A program made the position numbers and the translations under genes. DNA of 64,000 nucleotides from the NCBI RefSeq assembly GCF_030684315.1, contig NC_081354.1, forward strand, positions 27,336,226 to 27,400,225, in the 5' to 3' direction. Below are positions 11,896-24,510 of this stretch, one piece after another. This stretch comes from Stegostoma tigrinum (Eukaryota). Positions within the stretch are counted from its first letter, which is position 1, and each line of letters begins with the position of its first letter. The notes beneath the pieces are model-generated. The model was given only the letters and a program-made list of their open reading frames with translations, searched no databases and was not told where the DNA came from.

Positions 11896-14800
11896 CCCAG
11901 TTCCTAGGTTTATAAAAGCAAAATGGGGGAGACAGAGAGAGAGGAAAAAATTGGGAGAATAATAATGTAAATCAAAAGAACTACCAGTGCTGAAGATCTG
12001 AAACTGCTAGAGAAAATCTGTGGAGGGAAAGCAGAGTTAGCATTTTCAATCTGGTGAGAGAGTAACAATAAATCTTAAGGGTAAGGTTTAAGTAAATAAC
12101 AGTGAGAATGTATGAGGAGCAGCAGCCACCGCCATTGACTAAAGTGGGTGCCAATGGCATTATGTTAAATCCCTAGGGTGGAGCCTTTTTAACAATGTAT
12201 TTAAGTTACTTGTATAGCGCAGCAGATTTATATAAGAAAGTACACAGTGGAAATGTATTGTATTAAAACTGTTGGATTTAATGGGTTAATGTTTATTAAA
12301 ATTATTATTAAAATAAAAGGTATTTCATATTTGCAAAGAAAATAGCTAACACTGTAAAGGGAAAATGTTTGAGATATTTTTCAGATGAAATGTTAAGCCT
12401 TGAGTCGTTATTAAAGACCTCGTGGGATTTGTTTATCAGTGAATTTTGGCGTTCAGTAATTTTAAAATTCTTTCCTTAAATTAACAACCATTCTTATAAA
12501 ATTGTTTGCAGCCTATTACTGTAAAAAGTGGAGAAACAAGAAAATACCTCCAACAATTTTGAGCACATCCCTAATTGCTGATTCAGATTTAGGAGATTTT
12601 TGATCACAACTACAACTGCTTTCACTTTAAAAGCTTCAACCAACGTCCAAACACTAATCAGCTACTGCATCAAGAAGTATTTTCTCATATTGGAGAAGGA
12701 AACAGAGTTAACATTTTCAGCCTGATATCATTTCAAAACTGAAGAATCATAACTCTATTTCTTTCTTTGCAGATGCTGGCCAGATCAAGAGTTTTTCCAG
12801 CATTCTCTGCATTTGCCTTAGATTTCCAGCATCCACAGCATTTTGCTTTTTTTCCCCCTCATATTGCTTTCACTTCTTTTGCCGATTACTTTAAATATGT
12901 GCTTTCTCATTCTTGCTCCTTTGATGATGGGGAGCTGTTTCTCACTATCAATTCTGCCTCTCAAAAATTTGAATATCTCTATTAAGTCTCCTTTCAGCCC
13001 TTTCTTCTCAAAAGGAAAGCAGTGCCAACACCCTTAGTCAATCTATATAAATGAAGTCTGACATCCTTGGAACCATCCATGTTCAATCATTTTTTCTGCA
13101 CCCATTTAATCCTTCACAACCTTCCTAAAGTGAAATGCCAAAAATAGGATGCAATATGCTGAGACTGAACTTCTATCTTATACAAGTTCAATCCAATCTC
13201 TTCATTCTTGTGCTTTATGCTCCTATGAATGAAGTCTAGGGTACTATATATTTTATTAACTGTGTTCTCAACCTATCCTGTCACCTTTAATGGATCATGT
13301 AAATATACACATGTTCCTCTGCTCCTGCACCTTTTGTTTTACCTCTTCACGATCTTCCTTACAAACTGAACAACTTCACATTTTCCCATATGGAGTTTCA
13401 TTTGCTATCTACCTGCCATTCAACCAACTTGTCAATATACTTTTACATTGTAAACATTCCTCGTCACAATTCATAATGAATCAGATTTTTTTTAATAGGA
13501 AATAAATTATGAAATAATGCCCTATATGCCAACGTCCAGGAAATTAGTATATATCAGGAAAACAGGGGCTTCAAAAGTGATACCTGGGATATTCCAGCAT
13601 AAACATTCTTCCAACTCAAAAAACATATGTTGCTGTTTCTTGTTACTCCACAAATGTGGTACACTGCATTTATTGGTGCTGCAACAGAAGGGGGTCATAC
13701 TCATAGGCAGTACTGAAACGTGGACAATGACTTCACTGATAAGTAGAATTGGGAATGGGGGAAAGCAAACAGAGTAGGGAATGGAAGAAAGTGGGGGGTG
13801 AACAATCAGGGGTTGGAATAGAAGGATGGAGGGTTAGGGCTTAGCAGAGTGGGAGAGTGGAAGGGGAAGGAACAGTCAAGATCAGGGCAGCAGGATAGGA
13901 AGGTGAACATAGGGGGCGGGAGAGCATAGCTCTGATTGGGGGTAGGGATTCCAAACAGAGTGTGGATTGTGGACAGCAGAGCCGAAAGCTGGAGTAGGAG
14001 ACTGCAGGGCAGGGAACAGAAGAGCAAGACCTGGTGCTGTGAGCAAAGGGAGGGTGACAAGGGTTTCTTGGAGGCAGCAACATCACATGCATATGCAAAA
14101 ATGCAGCTTCCGTCATGGCAGTTTGACATCATTGCCACCTGTGAAAGTGGTGGCCACCTTTGCTGGCCATTTTGGTGTCGCCAATATGGACTCTGAATTT
14201 TGTATCCATATTGTTATTTAGAATTTTCTTTCATTAGCTATAAATTCTCAAGTGTGTTGTGGGCATTGTATCAAACACTTTTTGGACATCCATGTATACA
14301 ATCAACATGAATAATGTTGCCCTCATCAATTCTTCCTATTACGTTTTCAAAATATTCCAGCGACTATTTTAGCTAAACAAATTTCCCGTGACTATTTCCT
14401 TCCAGTAATACCTCACAAAATTATTGTTTCACAGCAACAGCAATTGTGTTGGTAATATGTCCAGGTAGCCTCTGTGAAAGTTTAGTGGTGTGATATGTAC
14501 AATTGTAAGTAGCACTATGATTGAACAGAAGCAGGAATAAACCATTCAGCCTGTTAAACCTGCTCCACCACTCAAAATCATATACCTCAATTTAATTTCC
14601 TTGTAATATTCCCAAATTCCTTGATTTCTTTGATCCCTAGAAATCAATCAGTATCTGCATTGAAGAAATGTAATGACTAAGCTTCAAAATACCTCCAGGG
14701 TAAAAAAAAATTCAAAAGGTTCACTACCCTCTACATGAAGAAGTTCCTCCTCTCCTCAGTCCTAAATAACTTGCCCCTTATTCTAAGAGTGTGTTGTCTG

Positions 14801-15131
14801 ATTCTAAACACCACAAGGAAGGGAACCATCTTCTTACACTGTCTACCCCTTTAAAAGTTTCAATGGCATCACCTTTTATTCTTCTAAACACTCACAAATA
14901 CAGGGTCAGTCTCCTCACAGGGCAGTCTTGCCATCCCAGGAATTAATCTGGTGAACCTCCATTGTACTCCTCTGTGACAAATACATCTTTTATTGGGTAA
15001 GGGGATCAAAACTGTACAGTATGGCAGATAGAGTGTCACCAAGCTTCTATAAAGTTGGTGTATGACATTTTTACAGTTATACTCACCCTACAGAGTTCAT
15101 ACTTGACAACCACACATGAACATTTCCCTTG

Positions 15132-16593
15132 AGATAATAAGATGTAGAGCTGGATGAACATAGCAGGCCAAGCAGCATCAGAGGAGCAGGAAGGCTGATA
15201 TTTCGGGCCTCGACCCTTCTTCAAAAATGGGTGAGGGGAAAGGGGTTCTGATAATAAACAGGGAGAGAGGGGCAGAAGATGGATAGAGGTGAAGATAGCT
15301 GCAGAGGAGACAGACAGGTCAAAGAGGTGGGGATGGAGCCAGTAAAGGTGAGTGTAGATGGGGGACAGGAGGGGAGGGGGGAAGATAGGTCAGTCCAGGG
15401 AGGATGGACAGGTCAAGGGGGTGGGATGAGGTTAGTAAGTAGGAGGTAGGGGTGGGGCTGGAGGAGGGAGCAGGGGATAGGTGGAGGAAGGACAGGTTAG
15501 GGAGGTGGGGACAAGCTGTGCTGGTTTTGGGATGCAGTAGGGGAGGGGAGATTTTGAAGCTTGTGAAGTCCTCGTGTACCACCCCACCAACCTCTGGATC
15601 CAATGCATCAACCTCCGACACTTGCGTCATCTGCAATCCGACCCCACCACCACATTTTTCCCTCCCCACCTTTATCTGCCTTCCAGAGGGACCACCCTCT
15701 CCAGGATTCCCTTGTCCGCTCCACACTCCCCTCCAACCCCACCACACCTGGTACTTTTTCTTGCAACTGCAGGAATGCTACACCTGCCCCGATACCTCCC
15801 CCCTCACCCCCATTGCAGGCCCCAAGAAGACTTTCCACATCAAGCTGCTGTTCACCTGCACATCTGCTAATGTGGCATACTGTAGTATCCACTGTTCCTG
15901 TTGTGGCCTCCTCCAGTGTGAAACCAAACGGAGGCTTGGGGACTGCTTTGCAGAACACCTACGCTCGGTTCACAATAAACAACTGCACCTCCCAGTCACG
16001 AGCCATTTCAACTGCCCCTCCCATTCCTCAGATGACATCCTGAGCCTCCTGCAATCCCACAAAGATGCCACCCAAAGGTTGCAGGAACAGCACCTCATAT
16101 TCTGCTTGGGAACCCTGTAGCCCAATGGTATCAATTTGGACTTCACAAGCTTCAAAATCTCCCCTTCCCCTACCACATCCCAAAACCAGTCCAGCTTGTC
16201 CCCGCCTCCCTAACCTGTCCTTCCTCCCACCCATCTCCTCCTCCCACCTCAAGCCCCAATCCCATTTCCTACCTACTAACCTCATTCCACCCCCTTGACC
16301 TGTCTGCCCTCCCTAACCTCCCACCTACACTCACCTTTACTAGCACCATCCCTGCCTCTTTGGCCGGTCTGTCTCCTCCCCACCTATCTTCTCCTCTATA
16401 CATCTTCTATCCCCCTCCCTCTCTCTCTCCCTATTTATTTCAGAACCCCCTCCCTCTCCCCCATTTCTGAAGAAGGGTCTAGGCCCAAAACATTAGCCTT
16501 CCTGCGCCTCTGACGCTGAATGGCCTGCTATGTTCATCCAGCTCAACACCTTGTTATCTCAGATTCTCCAGCATCTGCAGTTCCTACTATCTC
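15132..16593. mobile_element. Inverted-arm PLE insertion with GIY-YIG endonuclease region
   Basis: 15-bp TSD tgaacatttcccttg (15117-15131, 16594-16608). Inverted arm runs to 15571; the direct part encodes CYTC...ANVAYC...ETKRRLGDCFAEH...LQEQHLIFCLGTL. Confidence 0.9.
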
Positions 16594-17889
16594 TGAACAT
16601 TTCCCTTGTTGACTGCTATTATCTCTAAAGTTCATGAGCAGCAAATTCAACTGTCACATTCCAATGCCCTCATGTTCTTTGCAGCATTCCCCATTTGTGG
16701 TCCATGGACTTCTTTCATGCCAATACTAATACTGCTGAAAAACAAGACATTAGGAGATTTGTTACCACAGAACATTAGAGAAATGCCTTACGAATGGCTA
16801 TCTCTGATTTTGCGTTTTCGTCTTGTGAAGAGGCACCTGGGTTCTCCTTGCTAACATTCATAACAGTAGATGGGCTCCGGCTTACACATCATATGGAGGT
16901 TGGTGTTGATGCTTTGCCACTAAATGAAACTAAGTTAAACTGACACAATAAAGAGGTGGGTGGTAGGGCTGGAGGTAAAAAGCACTTAACAACCACATGC
17001 ACACATTTCTCCTGTTCCAACTGCTATTATCTCTCAAGATAAAGATCCAAATCTGTTTTGAAAAAATGAACATGCAAAAACATAGACCATTAGTGTCAAA
17101 AATACTATTTTGTTTATTGCTTTGGAAAGAGACAATTTATAAAAAGCAAAATATTTACTGAATATACTTAGGTTTTTTGTTAGTACATCTAGTGACAATA
17201 ACCACAGCTTCATTGCTAAATGCTGAGAAGGAAATTAGAATCCACAATGGACCTGGAATTTGCCTTTTTGTACTTAGCAATCAACAACTAGTTTTCCCTG
17301 TCAAGATTATGTACTAATGATAACAAATTCTGGTCTCTGCATATGTGTGGCTAAATGTGAAAACCCTAAAGTTTCTGTTGGAGACACTTGTCCTGTCTTC
17401 ACATGATAAGACTGTTGCATCATTGCTGTGCAATCAGCACAGGACTAGTAATTTTACATTTACTTTACTATTTTAAGCTCTAATTTTATTGAAAATGGAA
17501 AAACAGTGCATTAAGTTAGAACTTCTTGAATGAACTCAAGTGTTCTAAGTCGCAATTATTCATAAACAACCTCGCGGAACCTTAGAAATACAGAATGTTG
17601 TTCCTTATATTTCAATATAAAAATTCCATGTTTCAAAAATTAATATTACAACAAATAAAAGGTAAAATTAACTTAATCTCTACCTTTAACTCTGTGCTTG
17701 ACCTAATTGTTATCCTACACTCTGCAAAATGATTAAAAAGTGAATTTGCAGATTTCCTGCAAAAATTCCTCAATTTGGTTGTCTGCTCTGCCTTTGCTGA
17801 ATGTCAGAAGTTCTCCATGGAGAGCTCCAGTGTGAAATTGGCATAATAATGGGGGAAAGCAACATCACAGAATTTGCTAAATCCTTTTG

Positions 17890-18690
17890 GTTTATTTTTA
17901 TTTCAAAAATATACTTTATTCATAAAAATATCTTTATTATATTGACATACCGTCACTAAAACAGTTCAATTCTATATGGCAGCACGTGAAGAAACAAACA
18001 AACATTGGAGTTTAGCTCTATCCAAAAAACAAACCAAAGGCATCTCTTACTTGTGTAAGATTATAGTAACATATAATGGAAGTACCAGGTGGGTCTGATA
18101 ATTGAACAGACCCCCATTTGACTTTGGCAGAAAGACCTCAGACAGTGGTTTCTCCACACTTTGCCTTGGCAGCAGCTGCCCCAAGCTTTAGTGCATCCCT
18201 CAGCACGTAGTCCTGGACCTTGGGATTTTGCCAGTCTGCAACATTTGATTGGGGTCAACTCCTTGTTCGGGAAGACCAACAAGTTTTGGGCAGGCCAAAG
18301 GCGGTCTTTCACCACGTTGATGGTCCTCCAGGTGCAGTTGATGTTTGTCTTGGTGCCTCCTGGGGAACAGACTGTAGAGCACAAAGTCCCCTGTCATGGA
18401 GCTGTTTAGGATGAACCTCAACAAAAACTGCTGCATCTTTCTCCAGAATTCCTTTGCAAAGGCACATTCCAGCAGCGATGGATGATAGTCTCTAACCCTC
18501 CCCTACAGCCACTTCAAGAGCAGAGTGCAGTGGCATAGTCTCAAAGGTAATGCCTTTCTCACCACCAGCCAGTGCTAGTTGGAAAGTTCCGGTGATGAGG
18601 CATTTTGCCAAATGACTTTTGACAGCCTGCTCAGGAATCACTTGACAAGATCCATCCTCTCCTTGCTTTTGGGTAGCTTTCTTCAAGATT
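17890..18690 (-). mobile_element. Tx1/L1-clade LINE 3' fragment
   Basis: Peptide WRTINVVKDRLW...NLLVF...CCRLAKS resembles Tx1-like ORF2 C-termini; AATAAA and an A-rich end at about 17890-17920 on the minus strand. Confidence 0.65.
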
Positions 18691-20709
18691 ACTGATAGCT
18701 CACAATTTCATTTTGTTTTTGGCAAAGGCACTTACAGCCTCCTCCACGCTCCTTACATGATGTACTGTTCTGAAGTCACCCACATTCAAAAATTCATTAT
18801 CTTGTTGGCACAGGTGATTTTAATACAAACAGGCTACCTTTTACTGGTATCGACTGCACATCCGTGTACCTACTCCTCCAGCGGCATCGCTCCATTGCAG
18901 TACATGAGGGAATATCAAATTGGCGAAGACGACTTCTACAAGCCTGCCTGGATTTTCCGTTCAGTGTGGAAATGTAAACATCTGACTTCCGGAGGCGATG
19001 CTGACCTAACATTAATATATTCATGCTGTTATGCCAATCTTATTTGCAAAATATAATTACAACTTCAACGCTAAGTATTAGTGAGGTGGAAGAACAACCT
19101 GACTTGGGGAATTATTGATCCCAATAGCGTGAGCCAGCGGTAAGACGCAGCAAAAGCTCTGGACCAATGATGCATTTACGACTTCAGTTTTATGTTCTTT
19201 ATATTCACTAAGATATCTAGCAAATCGTAGCATACAGTTCTGGAACGTTTGTATATGGTCGCGTGTGTTGTCGAAAAAAAATCTATAGGATTATTAAACA
19301 CTTTATATAGTTCAATTTGTGTGACATTAATATTGCCCGAATTATTTGTTTACAAGCCTTTTCATTTTTAGGCAAGAGACTTAAGAGAACGGGTGGGACA
19401 AGGTTCTTAGGTGTACCTTCCCAAAATATAGAGATTTGGCAGAGGATTCAGAAAGAAATGCATGCATTTCCAGCAAGGATTACAGAATAGCAATCCGGCA
19501 ATTGAATTGCTGTTGATTATTCCCTCCGGATGCCGGCGCTAAAGCCGACTACAGCATTCACACGAGCACCCTATCTGCGGTTAGTTATATCAGTATAGGC
19601 TGGGTAACCAAGTTTGGGAAAGTCTCGGCCAGAGGGAGGCAGACATTAGAGCAGTAATAGGAGACAACATTACTCAATCACCTTTTGACCAAAAACGATC
19701 GTCGGTAAAACACATACCACAAATGCACTCTCAAATACTTAACTCTTGTGACATTGGGCATTTATCTGTTTTATTGAGCATGATCAATATTCATTATTCA
19801 CCTAAATCTGCAATGATTTCTCATTGGCATTGTAGGTTTCAGTAGGTGTGATCTGTCACACGCATTTTCTGGAAAATTTCACGCCTAACAAATGTCCAAT
19901 TTGGACATCTTTGCCCCATAAACAACAAACGTAGAGGCCTTTTTTGTCAAAGAGAATTATGATGTGCTCATTCTTGTTATGGAGTAATTTGGACACGAAC
20001 TTCCAATCCATTCACAACTGCAGTTGCACACAGAAAACAAGAAGTTGTGTCCAAGTTATTTTAGTCCACCCCAGGATCTACAACAGTAGCACCTCACTGG
20101 GCAATGCATTAAAATCTACATTAAGGCATTACGTTTGAGGTACTTGCTTTTTAATTACACACTGGAGATTTCAAAAAATGTCTTTTAATGTTGTGACCAG
20201 TCACAATTACTTCCAAACAACTTGAAAATACAATTTCAATATGATTTTGTGGAATCTCACTCCTGCAGTGTAATTAGTGTCATGATTAGAATATAACTTT
20301 TCTGTTTTAATTTGTTTGGAATTCCCTTTTGCCTTCTCAATTTTGTTTTTCACTTTCTGAACATGATTTCAGTCTTAAGTTATGTCTGACTTCAAAAATT
20401 TACATGCTCTTTTGGAAGTGTGCAAATACTAGGTGACCAACAAACTTCTTAAGAGCATGTGTCAATCTCACTTGCAAATATGATTGCGCCTCAGGCTGCT
20501 TTCCCTGGAAATAGACAGTGCACTCAGTCGGGAACCCATCCACCAATGGACAGAATGCAACTGCAGACTTGTCACCAGACCCTTGAAGGTTCCATCTGTA
20601 AGCAGCTTACAAGAGGTAAGAGCACAATGGAAATATGCCAGAGGTCTGATATAGTTACAACTAACCCGGCCTTTACATGGTGAAAACAAGACTTGGATCA
20701 TTGTGGGCA

Positions 20710-20902
20710 GAGATAATGGGAACTGCAGATGCTGGAGAATCTGAGATAACAAAGTGTGGAGCTGGATTAACACAGCAGGCCAAGCAGCATCTTAGGAGCA
20801 CAAAAAATTTTCTGAAGGGTCTAGGCCCAAAACGTCAGCTTTTGTGCTCCTTAGATGCTGCTTGGCCTGCTGTGTTCATCCAGCTCCACACTTTGTTATC
20901 TC
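20710..20902. mobile_element. Mini-palindromic (MITE-like) PLE derivative
   Basis: Arms at about 20743-20805 and 20839-20902 are reverse complements; 33-nt tail on the left; TSD ggatca(t/a)tgtgggca at 20695-20709 and 20903-20917. Confidence 0.85.
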
Positions 20903-21823
20903 GGATCAATGTGGGCACAGATCTGTCATTGCAACAGTCTCTCATTGTGTCTGCTGTCCAGGAGAGAACTCAGATTAAATACTAGTCTTCAGATGCTTTC
21001 AGTCTCATCTCTTTCATCATTAACTTTAGTCATTTATTTCAATGGTCATGATCTACTTGCTCCCTATTCAGGGGCACTCACTGCTGTCACAGTGAACTCT
21101 GCCAGTCATGTTAACCTTGAGTTGGTGATGGGCCTTCCTGCCTCTTCAGCTAGAATAGAATAACCCAGTGATCCCGGAGGCAGGTTGTTTGGGTCCTTCT
21201 TATCAGGTCATGGCTGAGCAACCTTTGCTGCTGCAAATGGGATTGATGCCTGAACATTTAGCAAATCTTCTGGACTTTAAGAAAATTAGGATTCTTTAAT
21301 CTGTTTGAAGTTTTGCTGTTACCAGCCCTTCTACACATGTGTAGGTCACTGCATCAGATGCTGAACAACAGGTCTCCTCAAAAGCCTGAAAAAAAATCTG
21401 TGAACAACTTTCAGTGAAATCTTTACCATAAATTTATTAACACAGCTAACGGTCCTTTTTTGGCCTTTATTTTAAATTGGCATGTTAATAAACCATAAAA
21501 TTAGAAACCATATTTTAACTTCATTTGTTCAATCTTCATGGATACCTCCCACCATGTTTAGAAGAGGTGCAAGTAGATTTCCCCAATAGGCACTTTGTCC
21601 ATTTTTACTATTTGTTAATGAGTTATAGGCATGACTTACTGGACCAACATTCATTGCTCACCTCTAAATATCCAGTGTGACAATTCAACCAAATAGCCAT
21701 AGCTCTTCAGTCACATGTAAAGCGAGACCTCAAGAATGACAGATTTCCCACCCAATGTCTAAGATCTTTCTGCCAAAGTACAATGAGGGTTTGTTCTGTT
21801 ATCAGAACCTCTCTTTACCTCAA

Positions 21824-22143
21824 AATGTATGTAAACCTTGTCTTGTACAAGTAGGAAATGCCTTTGGTTTTGCACTGCAGAGAATGTTAAATTCCAATTT
21901 TTTTTCTTATATTGTTACAGTTTTTGCACAGAAAAAAATAAATATTGGAATTTGACATTCTCTGCAGTGCAAAACCAAAGGCATTTCCTACTTATACAAA
22001 GCACAATTTACATACATTCTGTTACAGTTTTTTGCATATATGTAAATCACATCTTGTATAAGTAGGAAATGTTGTGTTTTGCACAGCAGAAAATGTCAAA
22101 TTCCAATATTTGTTTTTCCTTATGCAAAAACTATAAATAGAAT
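21824..22143. repeat. About 100-bp unit present three times, with the middle copy inverted
   Basis: Unit core aagtaggaaatgcctttggttttgcactgcagagaatgt(t/c)aaattccaat appears as +, - and + copies. Confidence 0.85.
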
Positions 22144-22529
22144 TGCTTTGGTACCCATGGACATAGGTTATTCATAAAAAGGTATATTTTTGCAATTAAA
22201 AAAAGTGTAGATTTTTTTATAGCAATAAACAGTAGATACATATTTGCCACTAGTCTGGCATTTTAATCAAAATCAAATTTCACCATCTGTCATGTAAGAT
22301 TCAAGTCCATGTCCCCACAACATTACCCATGGTTCTTGATTACTAGTCCTGTGACACTACCACTACTCCATGACCTTCCCTTATGCATTAACTTTTTGGA
22401 GGATCTGACGGCATGCCTCCTGGAAAATGTTGATTTTTTACATCCTGCAGTCTGATTTATTTTAAACACTTTTTCCTGATTTTTTTGGTTTTAATTCAAC
22501 AAAAAAAAAAGGAAGTTAACGACTGCTCT

Positions 22530-23060
22530 TATCCTTTTTCTTAAGCAGCCCCTCTATTTGAACATGACTTGCTACGACTGGTTTAGTGAGTTTTAAGACA
22601 GCTGACAAATCTGCTGTATGAACTGCAAACTCTACCACATGAGAGGTAGGTGGTACTTCAAGGATCAAGTAGATAAGTTGTTTGGAGGTTTGAGTGTTTT
22701 CTCCTGTATCTACAGTCCACCTCTGCAGGAAATCTTGCAATGTTTGGTGCTCTAGTAAATGAACCTACTGTATTTTGGTCAGTTACAAGTCAGGGATTTG
22801 CAAGTTTGACTGCTTCAGAAATGGTTTAAGACAGACATCGCTATAGCATTTGCCCATCATCCTGGGAATCTGCTGCCACAACTGAATTCTTGAGTAAAGG
22901 AGATGTTTTGGGAGTCTGGTGTCAGGCAGATGCAGATGTTCTGCTGTTGGACCTTTTTGTTTTTGTCATCACATTTGGAGAACCCTGTAAAGACGCCATT
23001 GGTGATGTTTCTGCTAAGATTTGAGATACATGCATATGAAAAACACCAAATGCATCAACA
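22530..23060 (-). mobile_element. RTE-clade LINE 3' fragment
   Basis: Minus strand encodes LPDTRLPKHLLYS and a decayed C-terminal CGRVC...LKTH motif typical of RTE ORFs. Confidence 0.6.
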
Positions 23061-24024
23061 AATGTCCCTCTATTGGCTGCCTTCTGCAAAACCAGAGTCT
23101 CCTCTCTTTGTACCTCTTAAGTAGTTGTCTCCCTGAATCACTTTATGCTTGTGGCCTCACAATCCAATTTTCTTTATACTCCCTCCACCATTCTGTCAAC
23201 AATACTGTACTTTTTGGGGTTCATAAGATAAAATCACAGGTTACAATGAACATGGAGTAATTCCTGCATGAAACTGACAAAAGCATTCCAAGCCTCTGAA
23301 TCTCCAATTCAGCACCATCATCACAGTTGCTGTTTTTTTTTGCTGAGTCCAAAATTGGGCATTAAGAATAGCATGCAGTTAACTCTAGTGTATTTAGTCT
23401 AATTTTCTCAGATTCTGAAAGTCTTTTTCGTGTACTTACACCCAAAGGACTACAGTGGTTCAAGAAGAGAGCTCACCACCGTCTTCTCAAGGACACTGGA
23501 ATGGGCAACAAATAGCCAGTGGCACTCAGATTCTGTGAATGCATTTTAAGAAGTAAATGTCGCCAACTTGAAATGGACATATTTCTGGATGTTTCTTCAT
23601 AGCATTCAACTACCCAGCATTCCTGTCAGCGGACAACTGACACAGCTGCCCTACAATTTCACTTACCAATTGGAAAGCAATCACATTCTTCAATGTGCAG
23701 TTGAATGAATCTTGACTGTTACTGCAACAGCTTCTTTTATCCCCATTATGCATTTTTTTCTAATTAAATCAACTAAACTCTTCAAAAGGAAATAAATAGC
23801 ATCATTTTTTTTGCACCTATAATTCCTTTCTTTGGCTGATGATAAGTATCAAGCAACTAATGTTTAATTCCAGAATTTTCTAGGGTAATCCTAGACAGTT
23901 GGTAATCCTAACCTCACACCACTACATCACTCCATGTCAAGCAGGCTGACATTTGTCCACTTGAAACGCATCACATTTGGAGATGGGTTCTGATCCATGA
24001 TATTTATACTTCTGATGACTGTAT

Positions 24025-24510
24025 ACACATCTATCAAGTCACCTCTCATCCTTCATCATTCTAAACAGAAAAGCCCTAGCTCTCTCAACCTTTCCTTGTA
24101 AGATGTTCCCTCCATTCTAGGCAATGTCCTGGTAAATCTCCTCTGCACCTTTTCCGACGCTTCCACATCTGACCTGTAATGGGGCAACCAGAACTTGACA
24201 CAATACTTTGGATGGGGCCGAACCAGGGTTTTGTACAGCTGGAACATAACTTCACAGCTCTTGAACTTAATCCCTCCATTAATGAAAGCTAACACACCAT
24301 ACGCCTTCTTAACAACTCTATACATCTGGGTGGCAGCTTTCAGGGAACTGTGGACAAGAACCCCAAGATCCCTCTGCTCCTCCACACTGCCAAGAATCTT
24401 TCCGATAACACTGTATTCTGCTTTCAAATTTGTCCTTCCAAAATGAATCACCTCATACTTTTCACGGTTAAACTCAATCTGCCACTTCTCAGCCCAGCTC
24501 TGCACCCTAT
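24025..24510 (-). mobile_element. CR1 LINE ORF2 C-terminal fragment
   Basis: ORF 24056-24604: WAEKWQIEFN, EQRDLGVLV, LYKTLVRPH...CVKFW, EKVQRRFTR, YKERLRELGLF. Confidence 0.9.
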
